A DNA stretch of 62,645 nt, counting the filler, from Choristocarpus tenellus KU-1152 (Eukaryota > Protista > Phaeophyceae), in the NCBI GenBank assembly GCA_964200185.2. It is 12 parts of 12 records of this genome, joined end to end, with 100 filler letters (N's around TTAATTAATTAA, not from the genome) between each part and the next. Parts side by side here need not be neighbours in the genome. Positions count along the whole stretch, not along the records: positions 11,124 to 20,488 come from CAXNAD020003746.1; positions 20,589 to 25,544 come from CAXNAD020012391.1; positions 25,645 to 33,744 come from CAXNAD020005150.1; 9 more parts are not named here. One strand, 5' to 3'. The notes below the pieces were generated by a model that was not told where the DNA came from, ran no database searches, and saw only the letters and a program-made list of their open reading frames with translations. The number at the start of each line of letters is the position of its first letter. Position 1 is the stretch's first letter. Shown piece after piece: positions 13,001-25,671 of this stretch. Made by a program: the position numbers and the translations under genes.

Positions 13001-14649
13001 TTTTTTCTGTACTGACACTCCTTTGCCTGTGTATGACTGATATACACCATTTCTTGTTCACTGATAATCGACTTCAAAATTTAGACTTTCATTGGTTGAC
13101 TAGTGATTCATGTAGTGTTGATGGTTGGTTGGTAGGAGACAGGAACGTGTGTGAGTTTATTTTATTCCCTAGGTACAGTAAGCATATTTAATGAACAGGA
13201 AGGATTGTCGCAGTTGAGTCCATATCCATAAATACTTGAGCTAGTAGCCTGAACATGCTGAGACTTGATAGTATTTCATCCTGTAAGCTAATGCAAGGTG
13301 GGTCATCCCTTGAGTGAAATCAGGTCTGGATCCACCCATCTTTGTTTGACCTTGAAAAAATGGAGTCCCATCTCACTGAATTGAAAGAGGGTAGTCCTAT
13401 GCGAGTTTACAGGATTGCTTTCCCTTGTTACAAATCACATCCATCCCACTACTTAATTATAGCAAAGAAGCCTGTTGTACTAGTACTCTCGACACATTTT
13501 TTTGTAAGTGAATATACTACTAGTACTAGTTGTACAACCATACAATGGCTGAATTCACCCCTATAGATTGTGAAAGTTTGTCATGGTGATTTGTGAAGTC
13601 AAGATATAGGAAAGTTGTGAAAGGGCATCACTAACGGAACACCTGTCTCAGCCTCTATGAATTTCATCAGTAGGTCATACTAAGGACCCTAACTGGTTGC
13701 AAGTTGCTGATTGTGTGACATGACATAGTAGACAGACTACAATGTCTTTGTTTCCACAGCACTTAGTTCTTGAGTGTATTCATATTGTAAGAGATTGAAT
13801 AACAGAGTCAGCTTCAAATCTATTCCAGGTGCTTGGAATGGCATTGTGTGCAAATTTCTGTGTCTGCCACCATGGATTGCATACACAATACATAGTTGCA
13901 TGCCAGAATGCCTGGACTTGGAAAGGAAGAAATGGACACCACTCTGCCATTTTTGGGTGTTGATTAAGGTTCACTTAGTATTTCCCACTTTAGTTTCCAG
14001 CATGCACTTGTGTCATGTTCCATCATGTAATACCTATGAGTCTATGGATCAATATTACTACTGGTTTTACATCTATGAACAGGTAGCCATGATGGACTCT
14101 TGGTTGATATTTGTGATTGGCATTCCCACTCTGGTTGTCATTGAGAAACTGTGCAGTTCTGTATTTCATTGCTTTTGCACTATGATCACCTGACAGAGGT
14201 ATGGTAGGAATAGTCTTGAGAGTATTCAGCAACAACTTCGTCCTGACTTTGCTCTGAGATCTTGTCTCTTTCGGCACCTAGTTCTGGTGGAATTTGTGGG
14301 GGCAGGGGGGCAGATTTGATGGCACATGCCTCATTTGACTTGGAAAATACATATATGCCTGCCAAGCCTCTATGCCTTTTTGGAGACATGCCAACATTTT
14401 GCTGAACTTGCAGGGTTATTTGTAGAGTAGATATTTCTATTCAATGAGTTCATTTTTCATTTTTTTAACCCCAGGATTTCGGGAGCATACAGGAATCCAG
14501 ATCAGTAGTGGACGGATCTCAGTGGATGGAAACAATGAATGTCTGTCATCCACTTGCTCAAAGTGTATTAGGTGGTCCAACTTGGCCAAGGTAGCAGTAC
14601 CTAGGGTTGGCAAGAAGCAAGGATATGAATTTTTTAATTGCTCTGGAAG

Positions 14650-15977
14650 TTAATCCAAGGACACAACAAGGGAGCACATGGGTGAACCTCGAGCAAAAAA
14701 GAATCGCGAAGTGGGGGACGTGCAAACTAGCCAAGAATAATAGAAGGAGAATGGGATGAGTGGGCAGGGAGAAGAGGTTGAAGAAAGAATAAAAGGCGGG
14801 ACGAAGGAGAAATGACTCCCAGCAAGGAGACTTGCAAGAGTAGGAAGAGGAAGACAACGAAGGAGGGAAAGAGGACACTGGCACCGAGGGCATGATGAAC
14901 GATTTCGAGCAGGACCAGACCAAAGGAGATGCACTCTAAACAGGAAGTAAGGATGATGTTAAAGTTGGTCCAAAGGGATTAGGCAAGGACATCAAACACA
15001 ATGGACAAGGAAGACTTGGTCAAGAGGGTGGCAGAGGATCAGGAGGAAACCCCAGACATCTTCAAACTGTTGGATATCCTTGCATAGCAGATGGCAAAGG
15101 CATTATTGAAGGCACAAGCTACCATCCAGGCTAAGGAAATGAAAAGCCTGACACCTGAGTGACTTTAGTTGTACTGCGATGGGGGAACTTCACCAGACTA
15201 TCTTTGTAACTGGAGGTGAGGTCTCCTGCACGACAACCTCGAAAAGTTGAGCCTTGCCTGACACCAAGTGGCGACAAAGCTGGGGTTTGATTTAAAATGT
15301 TTCAAGCCCTCCCTCCCCCTGGGAATGAATGCCCACAAGTACAATCAGGGTGTGGTGAGATGTGGACCAGCACTTGTCACTGTTAGTGCAAGAGGTGGGA
15401 ATCTTCTTGAAAGCTAATGAAGGAGAGAGAAAAGCATAGGTTAGAATGGGGGATCTCCTGACAGACCTACAGCAATACAGCCAAGTGCTGTACAAATACA
15501 TGCCGAAGTACTATGAGGACATCCATGCAGATCACCATGATCAGTAAATGGTGAATGTTAAGCTAAGTGTCAGGATTAACTGGGACCTTCAATTGTGGAG
15601 CAAGGACATCTACACAGCAGTGAGGGGCATCATGGCCCGCACCACCGGGGAGGAGGAAAATTTGTCCCAAAACCCAAATGTAAAACCCCTATGCCATGAT
15701 AAGGGAAAGGGTGCAAGAGGTAGCACAGATACTGACAAGTAAGAAGCAAGTTTGGGACTAACAGCAAGGGAGGGAGGATCACTTCATTCCCACTAATAGT
15801 GGGGAAGAGTGACACGACTGGAAGTTGGAAAGTTCAGGGAATGAGATTTGGACACCAAAAGATATACAATAATGTGCCAGGAGGGGTATGCCGTTGCCAC
15901 TGGAGAGGGAGGCTGCAAGTGGGTTGAGGGGTGTAGATTCTCTCAAGATACACTCAGGTCACGGAAGGCAAACCCCC

Positions 15978-15980
<3 letters not shown>
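14650..15980 (+). mobile_element. Decayed LTR-retrotransposon gag-like remnant
   Basis: Purine-rich, stop-riddled coding-like tract; LSLLVQEVG resembles DLACWLQEVGG in the 25672-27240 element. Confidence 0.3.

Positions 15981-16019
<39 letters not shown>
15981..16019. repeat. (CAG)13 microsatellite
   Basis: Counted directly. Confidence 0.95.
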
Positions 16020-16020
<1 letters not shown>

Positions 16021-16917
16021 TAACAGCTGAACCTTTGAGAGTTGAGACCTGTTTAAAGTTGAAGCAAAAGCTCTACAAGTCACTGCTTTCCAACCTATTC
16101 CTATAATAATTGCCCTCCACAATAGATCATTCCCGTGTTATCCTCTATTGGTGTGCCACTCAATCAGCAACATACCCCATATAAACCGGTGACAACAAAC
16201 TATGTTATCGATGACTAAACATTTCCCAACACCTACCTGCTCAGAAAGGAAGAATTTCTCATCCCCGCTGAAACAACAAGAGATAATGCAATCAACCCAT
16301 GTCAGCATGTCAGTGTATGCCTTGACATGCACAATACAATACTCTAACAGGTTCAAATGTTTTCACATCCCATTTCCAGCATCAATTGAACGCCCTTCAT
16401 CCACTCCGCCACAGACAGAGTCACCATCCATGGAACTTACAAACTTACACTGAAAACACAAGGGGAGCGAATAGATCATCGGACTTGCATCACACTTGTT
16501 CTGCAACTAACACATCGCCAAACACAGTCTTTACAGAAAACGATGCCCGTTTTTCTTAATTTTATATACTAAATCTACTAGAATCTACATGTGCAGGATG
16601 ATACAATACTGGATAGACTGCCGAACAGTAACCAATGCATTTCCAGTACCTCCTCTGGAGCCTCCCCGCCCCCCGCCAGCCCTCCCCCTGTCAGGATTCC
16701 ATATCCCAATGAGATGGCAATGATGTATTTTTTAAAAAGCTTGTCATTGGTGTAGAAGGGAAGTATAGAGTACCAAGCACAACCAAACAGCCAGCAAGCA
16801 TATCCTCAGAAAGAGTGCGACAGATGTACAACAAGAACCATGGATTACCCACCCACACCAAAGACACACTCACAGTAGCACCGCATCAGGTTCTCCATTT
16901 GAGGCAGTCCGCTAGTG

Positions 16918-19536
16918 TCATCGCCAGCCCGTCCTTTCCTCCCCATTAAATGGCGGAGTATAGTTGTTCTGTCTCCCTGCCTCATGCGAACCACTGCCCC
17001 TCTGCCAATCACCATCTCTTCTGACCTCCCCCTCCCCCAGGCTACGTTTGCTGCCCACCAATGGTTCACCTCTGTTTCCCTCATCGCCAGCACCTTCACC
17101 TCCATCCCGTATCACTCTCATGGCCCCTTCCCCTCCTCTTTCCTCCACCACTGGTGCCCCTGGCCCTGGTGCCCTGGATCCAACTCTTGCTCCTCCTGCC
17201 CCCACACTACAGCTTGTACTTTCAGTACTACCACCCCCACCTCTACGCATTGCTGTACCTCTGGCTGATGGGATATCACGAATGCCAGCGGCTGTAACAG
17301 CAAATTTGACAAGCTGTCTCGGGAGTCGCGGGGACTTGAGGAGCTCAGCAAAACGCTCACTACCTTTCCAGGATAGCAATACCCTACATCAAATTTTTAC
17401 CCCAACAGTTTCCAGGACAATCACAATACCAACACATGTATGAGAGGACAGAAGGTGTTGGTGTAAGGGGGGAGAGAGAGACAGCAGGGCTAGTGCGTAG
17501 TGTAGGGAGAGGCGGGATTTGGAGATGAAGTGGAAGGCCTACAATGTTCGCATAGGGACATGTGTTGTAGTACTTCAATTATTGCTATTAGTATACATCA
17601 AGTAAGAAATGTCTATGTAGCAAGATATTGTGACTGGAATGATTCACGAGTGATGGATAGGAATATTAGAGCATCGTGATGTTCAAGTAATGTTCTAGGA
17701 AATATATTGTTTGGTAATTACTGAGACTGTTTGCTAGGATCATTATGGAGGGTAGGACAACACCCCCCTTTGTGTAGGTCACTCTTGGCTGTTAATTAAC
17801 AAAGCATATTCTACATCATCTTCTTTGTGGTGAGGCAGTGCACTCATGTGGCGTGCCAACACACAAACGTGGAGGAAAGATACTGCCAAAATGATAAGGG
17901 TCTATTGGATCATCCTTATCAACGCTTCCATGAATCCCCTGACCTGTTGGAGGCTGCATGGGCCCAACTTTCTCCAAGAGCCGGTACCATGAAGGACTCT
18001 CCCTCCGCCCCCATTACCACCTTGGTTGTCATCTGGTTCACCAGAACCACCTGCCCACCCAAACCATCCAGTATACAGGGTGGGTAACGCACTCAGGGGG
18101 GCATGATGACCTTTGCAAAGTATGATACAGAGTACTGGAATGCATGGGGGCTTTGGTCACATTTGGGATAGAACCTACTAATGACAGGCTTTTAGGCATT
18201 TTGAGGGACAGGGGTGTGACATCAAGGTCCAAGGCTAGGAGTCAGTGTTCAGGATAAAATCTTTGGGAACTGTACAATATGTATTTAAATGAAAACTATG
18301 GGAAGTAGTGTTTGACATAGGTGCATCCATCCTTCATGTGTGGACGGACAATGCCACCCTTGCCACATCTGCACACGCCCTCATTCAACACCTGGTCCTT
18401 CAACTATGCAAAACTTTGCCCATCTTCTCAGGAGGAGGAAATCTACACCTGCCGTTGACTGTCCAACTAACAGTCGATTGCATGTACATTGGTGGAATGC
18501 ATGGCATGAAGGAACAGACACCTCCTACTCAAAAGGACATTCTACACAAAACAACAACACAGCTTTACTTTCATCGAGCTAAATAGCTAAATAAATTGAA
18601 GAGGAGACAGGTGATTAACCCTGATGTTTACTTCAAATTCTTTTTCCGCACTCACAGAAAGAGAGTGTTCCTGTGCGACCTCGTTGAGCTGCTGTGCCAT
18701 CCTGCTCAGCATCCTTGTGCGAACGCTCATGTCCTGGCACAAGAAAGTCACCGAATTTTCAAAACATGGGTCAAAGTATCTGGGGGGGGGGGGGTGTCGG
18801 CGTGTGTTTTTCACCCTTTTTTCGATTTTCACTTTTTTGGTGTGATTTGGTCATACATGTCGGATTTGAAATGTCAGCAAAAAAAAGAGTTCTTTGGCTG
18901 AAACGGACGCCCCCTCACAAACCACCCCCCCCCACAGATACTTTGACCCACATGGAAGGTGAGGAGCAGGAAGGGATGGGACGGGGCTTTGTCAAGATCC
19001 TCGCAAAAAACATTGATTGCCCAAATCCATCTTGTGCATATATATGTATATATATATATATAACCCACCCCACAAGCTATTCAACGCGATGCTGAACAGA
19101 TTGCCTTGAAGTAATCATGTACTAGCATGTCATAACTGGAACCCTGGGGGAGGTAGGATGTGCAAAACACTGTGACTGCATCGAGATCAAATCAACAGCT
19201 TGGAAAGATCAAGTGTGTGAAGCACAAAGCTTTACTTCCAGTAAGCTGTGTGTCACTTATATATAGGAACCAGAACTCTCCATTTGACTCTTAACTTCTA
19301 TAATGATAAAACTCCTGTTTCAGGGAAGTGCACCACAGTGCTCATCGTCACCAATCAACTGCCTACCCAAGGTGTGGAAAGTAACCAAAGATGCACCCTT
19401 ACAAGGACTAGGAGGGGAGGGGCAAAGGGAGACGTAGGTGTACCTGGAAGGCATGTCTGAAGTGGAAGGCAATGCTATCCATCACCACTAGCTTCACCTC
19501 TGGGTGATCTTTCAAAAACTCAGGGAGGGTCCTCAC
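16918..19536 (-). CDS. RAD51C: DNA repair protein RAD51C, 3' part; exons 19536-19444, 18733-18656, 18050-17944, 17383-16918
   Basis: Spliced: [31 protein letters not shown]|[26 protein letters not shown]|[10 protein letters not shown]...[16 protein letters not shown]|[18 protein letters not shown]...[10 protein letters not shown]. All GT-AG, phases consistent. Confidence 0.92.
18768..18949. mobile_element. MITE family C (same TIR, different interior), TSD ACAT, in a RAD51C intron
   Basis: acat|gggtcaaagtatctgggg...cacagatactttgaccc|acat. Confidence 0.9.
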
Positions 19537-20376
19537 CTGCACAATAGTGGAGTGAAGTGGAGTGAGAAAAAAAAGAGTGAACCCTCCCCCCCCCCCCCCC
19601 CCCCCCACAAATTTACAAACAAAAAAAGGAGGGGGGAGGAGGGCGGATGGAATAAAGGAGGCAAGCCATTAGCTCACAATCACACAAAACATCCATGTGT
19701 GCTGCATAAACTTGAAACATTTCTTGGGTAGAGAAAGGGAAAAGAAACAACTTTTAGTATGGCTTCAAGGGCATACCCTGTAACCCAAGCAAACTGATGC
19801 AAGTACTTCTGGCACACACACACACACACACAAAAAACAAAGGAAAAAAAAGATGCAACTCTTTCACATTGTAGTGGCGTTGGCAGCCTCATATGGTGAG
19901 ATGGGCAACCCTAGATGTTCTTCACCTAAGCAATTGATTCCTCTATCCTACGCCCTTATAACAAGTGTGCAGTTTCGAGTGCTTGATACATGTAACACAC
20001 TTTCCAGCAAAACCTGTTCCCACCAAAATATTCATTCAACAGTTCACAGACATCTCCTGCCGGAATGCGCAATACGGGCACACATAGCCCAACATCATCG
20101 CCATCAAAACTTGTCAACATTACCGCAACCTACGTTACTGCAAAAACCTATCCTAAATAGCCTCTCGTCGATGTAATACTCATGCCCATTCCACTCAAGT
20201 CAATTCCCTAGGAGGAATCGCGTCTCCTGTCATCCCTCTCCCTTCCAACAACCTGTTACATCAAGAAAGTGCATCATGGAGCCACACTGTATTATATATA
20301 TATATATACCGATACCGACAACTTGGGAGGAAACATGCACTTGCCAGCTTTGCAAACCCTTTCAAAATTGCACCAA

Positions 20377-20421
<45 letters not shown>

Positions 20422-20588
20422 ACAACAACACCCCAAAAAAAAAAAAAAAAAGAAAAACAAACCCCAACAGGAGGCCCCACCCGCTCGCNNNNNNNNNNNN
20501 NNNNNNNNNNNNNNNNNNNNNNNNNNNNNNNNTTAATTAATTAANNNNNNNNNNNNNNNNNNNNNNNNNNNNNNNNNNNNNNNNNNNN

Positions 20589-20609
20589 CCCCCCCAGATA
20601 CTTTGACCC
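20589..20609. mobile_element. MITE TIR at contig start
   Basis: cccccccagatactttgaccc. Confidence 0.75.
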
Positions 20610-21803
20610 TGCAGACACTCGTACTGTCAAAAAGAAAGAGCATACACATATCTATGAGTACCTACACCTGTTACATGTATCACCGTGCACCGCTATCACT
20701 TACCCAACAAAACAATGATTTGGTTAGTTGGATAGCTCTTCCTAAGGTCAATGTTATGCAAAAACAAATACGATACAGGGCAGAATAAGATCATTTCTCA
20801 CAGTTGAGTTAATTCTACCAACCATGAGACAGACAGAGACATCAAATCTATTACTCATCAACCCGCCTACCACCTGTGGAAACTCTGCCTGCTTCCATTC
20901 ATTAATGACGGGTAAAATCTCAAGGGCGATCCCCTTGCTGAGGCCAGCAAGAAGTGGCTCAAGTGGGACGTAATGCTCAATGGACAAGGTGCATTCAACA
21001 GTGAGGAGGAGGAAGGGGGAGAGCATGACATATGTAAAGATCTGAGGGCGACTTTGAAAATTGGTCCACTTGTCAAGGTGAATGTAGCAATGATCCCTCA
21101 GTGCCTACTGTCAAGGAGGAAGAAACCAATCATGTGTTTGCTTCATCTAAGTGGAGGATGTGGACATATGCCTTGCGTGTTTTGAATCCCCCCTGCATAC
21201 TGTCACTCGCTGTTGTGTCAAAACTAGCAGTAGTCTGGTGTTGACAATAGTGGATCGACATTTGTTTTCAAGGGCAGCATTGGCAATGTTTGGTCAAGTC
21301 ACTTGATCCGTGAGACAGTTTGACGATGGAAGCAACTGAGTACAAGTTCAAAATATAACACATACATACTGCCAACAAATATATTTATTTATTTTGACCA
21401 CGTACCATATTATCCCACTGCTCACGAACTCTATTCAGCATCAATTGTTAAGGTCTTGGCCAAGCTTCTACGCAACTGGTACTACACAGATAGAACAACA
21501 ATCTGATTTCCAACAATGTTGCACGTTTGACACACTATCAAGGACTGTGCTACAAACCATCCTTTTTTTGGTCATCAAACTGCCTCTTGAAACATGCTAT
21601 CCAAAGCTACTTGTGTCACTCTCTGCTATGCCCACTCAACCTCCTCTCGGTATTCAGAAAACCTTTCCAGCCACGATGGCAAAATGTATCTCATGCACAT
21701 GGTGGACAACATAGACTGCATGTTTCAATGCCCCACTGCAACTACTACAGAGTATATCCAGCGCATTGGAAATGTAGTCCGATCGGACACAAGCCACAAC
21801 AAA

Positions 21804-22071
21804 GAATGAAAGTATCTTAGAGGGTACGAGTTTTGCCCTTTTTGTCCGTTTAGGGCTTGGCTTCCCATGGCCTTTTTTAATGACATTTTCCTATTCCGAA
21901 ATATTTCAGAGTAGGTAAAATGTGTACTTTTTGGAGTAGGTATCATGTATATCTGGAACAAGGATATTGTTGCTTCCTAACAAACACAATAGCCAAAATT
22001 ACATCAAAATCACAACATTGGATTTTGGCCCCCAAATGGACACGGCTCTACCCTCTAAGATACTTTGACTC
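21804..22071. mobile_element. MITE family B, full length, TSD CAAA
   Basis: caaa|gaatgaaagtatcttagagggtac...taccctctaagatactttgactc|caaa. Confidence 0.93.
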
Positions 22072-23419
22072 CAAACTGGTGCAGGTGTACACACTAGAAG
22101 CAACACACTGATTAAAGAAGCGTTTTCGTTGACCACTTTCACTCTTCTTCATACCATTCAATCGATTCACTTCACAGGTCATACGATTAGCGGGCACATA
22201 TGCCATTGGCGACATCATTGCAGAGGACTGGTACATCAAGACAGCGGTGTGACGGGACAAAGCCAAACCACCTATCCCGACTCTCCCTTACCTCATTCCT
22301 TTCTCACCTCTACTGAGCTTGACTTGATACCCAAGTCCATTACTCCTCAGTACATTGTATGTTCAAGGCCAACATCAGCCCTTGAACAATGATGGAGTCA
22401 ACTTTCTGTTTGGAGAGGCTCATTTCCCTTTCCACTTTTTCGGACAAGCCTCCCCTCCCCTTCCACTTGTTCAGTTAAAAAAAAAACACTCTCTCCTCCG
22501 TCAAGATTTGCATCTTCTTACCCTTGCCCCAACCAAGCCATAAGTTGGAGTTCTTGCTTAGTCCCACAGATCCCCCCCCCTCCCCATAACTGTTACCCCC
22601 TTGATGCTATGGAATTAATGCTATACGTATACGTCCTCACATTAGTAGTATTGGATTACACCTTCTGTCCCAAGTTTCTACATCATGACCTTGACCCCAA
22701 ACTTCCGCCGTGGAAAAAACTGAGTTCTTGATATACCTAGTCTATGGGCAAAGTTTGTTTTATCACCATTATACAGTTTGACATTAGGCTTGGAACCTGT
22801 TGCTTATGGAAAGAAATTATAAAAGTATAATACTTGTTTTACCGACAACCTGTGTCTAAGTTGAGGCCAAGTATTTCTGTACTATGGAGCGTTTAGTGGC
22901 CGAAGCATTCTCCTTACAACCACCGCCCAATGATTAATCAAGGTCGCATTGGGGATATAAGCCTTCTATCAATGTGTGCCATGCAGTATGAAAATCTTAC
23001 TATCTGTGAAGAAACCCCTATGAGAAATAGCCCATTCCACTGTTGTAGGAAGAGCATGTCTAACAAGTACGTGCATACAGCAGCACAATCAACAGTCTCC
23101 AACACAGGGGAAGGAGTAGAACAACCTCAAAACTTGTAATCCATGGTTTTTGCAGTATTGCCCTTTCTGATTAGTTATTTTAGGAGGATTGTGAATATTG
23201 CGGATTACAATCAGCTTCCAATCATACAACACGGGCAACTCACCATCCTCCAAGTCAGAATTAACAAAAGGTTACCAATCCCTGCCTTACCTCTCTTTTG
23301 AGAATAGTCACATAGTTGTGCTTTAAAGATGCTGACGAAGATGTGCAAAATTTCACTTTTTCTACAAACGTGTACAGAACATTTTCTGAATTGCGTCGGA
23401 AAGGTTTCAAACAATGGAA

Positions 23420-23545
23420 AATTAGAGCTCTCAAGCCAAACTTAGAACTTCACCCATGGAAGTATGAATTGCAAGAGATTGAAAACAGACACAACATGCA
23501 AAACATCGCAAGACCTGGGTACATCTCGTTTACTTTGGCTCAGTT
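23420..23545. repeat. Dispersed repeat, second copy at about 45380-45495
   Basis: agattgaaaac...aaaac...acctgggtac(a/c)tctc(g/c)tttactttg shared by both. Confidence 0.6.
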
Positions 23546-23599
23546 TTATTGCATTATTTACGCTTAAGAGAAGTGTACTACTGTACATATAATTGTCAT

Positions 23600-24150
23600 G
23601 ATTACCTACAAAAAACACACAGGTTCTACTTCCGCCACCAAGGGCCAAACAAATCTTGGCAGCTATGGTCGATTCCCACCCTTCCCAAACACAAGAGGAG
23701 AAGGATGCAAAACTTGTTCTACAGGCAAACATGGCATCCCTATGGAAGTAACTTATGTTCCCAATTGAGGTTTTGTAACAGATGGGGTGAGATGCAATGA
23801 GGTTGGAAGCAGGCAGAGGTTCTGGGGAAAAAGTGAGTTGTTGGATTCATGGTAGACCATTTTAATACGGACAAGTGAAGTAAGATATTTCAAGAACCTT
23901 GTATTGTCCAAACAAACTGTTTTGTAGAGCCCCCCCCCAAAAAAAACAAAGCAAGTTAGACACAACAAAATTCTAGATTTGACTGTTATCGATCCAACAC
24001 TGAGTCTATCCTACTACTTTGACCCATGAGGTCATTGCAACAGGGCTGGTAGGAAAGATTTTGTTGATGTCGAGGGAGGCAATCTTTGATGCTATGGCTT
24101 CTACTCATGCCAAAGTCTCTCCAGATCTTCATACCTCAGCAAGGAATGAG
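23600..24150 (+). mobile_element. Possible C-terminal restriction-like endonuclease remnant of a non-LTR retrotransposon
   Basis: ILDLTVIDPTLSLSY resembles the lDvTv.dP motif of CRE/R2-type elements; heavily decayed. Confidence 0.3.
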
Positions 24151-25304
24151 TGGCAAGAAAGCTATGAAGGAAAAACGAGATCGACAACTTAGGGTTAGTC
24201 TGTCCGTCCACTCCCTTTCCTCAATGCTATATGAAACGACCTGTCAGGATTATGTTGCTGAAGAGGAAAGTCGTTCTGGAGAGGGGCTTGCTGCCGCACA
24301 AGGGATTGAAGATTGCTTGGACCTTAATGCAAGGAATGTGCGTGTGTGGGTTGGCGAGGTTGCTGCAGGAGAGGGCTTCATTGTAGGAGGTTGTAGAAAA
24401 AAAAATCTTGGGGGCCATGCCGTATGCTACGCAGTATACTTGTTGGATTGGTTTTCATGGTAACATGGAAGGGGTAGAAACCTAGGGGGTCCTGCAAAGC
24501 AAGAGCATCTCATTGGCTAAATCCAGCACATAGGCTATCTGACTGTTGTACAAAATCGTTTTCGTGCATGGCCCCTAGTGCCTCATACACGACTAATGTT
24601 GTGACTCTTGGCATGGCTCAGGTTTGTTGCTCTTGAACTGCACTTGGAGTTTAGAAGTTCTATGAGGATTTTTAGTGAGCACCCGAGATATGTGATGCAT
24701 TGAGTTACCCCTCATGAAGTAGGAGCAACAGATTGAAGGAATACACACACACACACACATACACATACACATGCACAGTTAAAGTGTGTGGCCCTGTGTA
24801 TCTCTTTTGTCCTTAGTAGAGGGAAAGGGGGAATGAAAACCAGACTCAACATGTGTCATTCTTTTCTTCTTTTTGCACGTGGCAAGTGTTGAAGTAAGAG
24901 TGCTTTTAAAAGAAAAGTAGAAAAAGTTGAAGTAGTGTAGTTCCCGCACACAACTTACTATTACGCAGCAAATATTCTACCTGATTGATCACCTGTGTTG
25001 CCACTACTACACTACCGTGAAATTTGACAACTGATATTTATATGTGGGTGCAAGCATACTGAATGCAAATCGAAGTACAACAGAGTATCTGATATGGAAA
25101 ACCTGGCACATAGCATACACCCAGATATTGATTTGGGATATATATATATATGCACATCCTGCAGTGTTTTGATGCATGAACCCCTTTGTTTGGTCCACGA
25201 AACAAAACAGCTGTTACTTGGGACTTCTCTATGATCTCACGTTGCACACAATCGAGCACAGACCCCTGCCCTCATCACTAACCTCACCTTTGCACTCTGT
25301 TCAG

Positions 25305-25406
25305 CGCCTGGGAGACACCCCAATCATCCTTGGTGCACAGTGGGGTTCAACTCTCTGTGTAGCTGCCCTGCTGGAAAAAGAAGAAACAGATGTGGCTGCT
25401 GCAAAT
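25305..25406 (+). CDS. Ankyrin-repeat exon of an unidentified gene
   Basis: RLGDTPIILGAQWGSTLCVAALLEKEETDVAAAN; acceptor tgttcag, donor gtatgt; 102 nt, phase 0-0. Confidence 0.75.
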
Positions 25407-25644
25407 GTATGTCTTCTGTTCCCCATTTTAACAGCAAGCTCTTCACATATCTAGCACTCTGCTGGCGATGGCATCCTTATTGCCCACAACCGTCCACCCC
25501 CTCCACCCACAAGCCCACTCTGCGCTCAGAAAGGTGATAGGGACNNNNNNNNNNNNNNNNNNNNNNNNNNNNNNNNNNNNNNNNNNNNTTAATTAATTAA
25601 NNNNNNNNNNNNNNNNNNNNNNNNNNNNNNNNNNNNNNNNNNNN

Positions 25645-25671
25645 CCCCCCCCCTCCCAGATACTTTGGGTC
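25645..25671. mobile_element. MITE TIR at contig start
   Basis: cccctcccagatactttgggtc. Confidence 0.75.

Noticed and set aside
16915-17443. Pro-rich plus-strand ORFs (117-159 aa)
   Set aside because: Antisense shadows of the last RAD51C exon
18308-18586. VWTDNAT resembling a DIRS RNase H motif
   Set aside because: Single short motif inside a RAD51C intron with no other support
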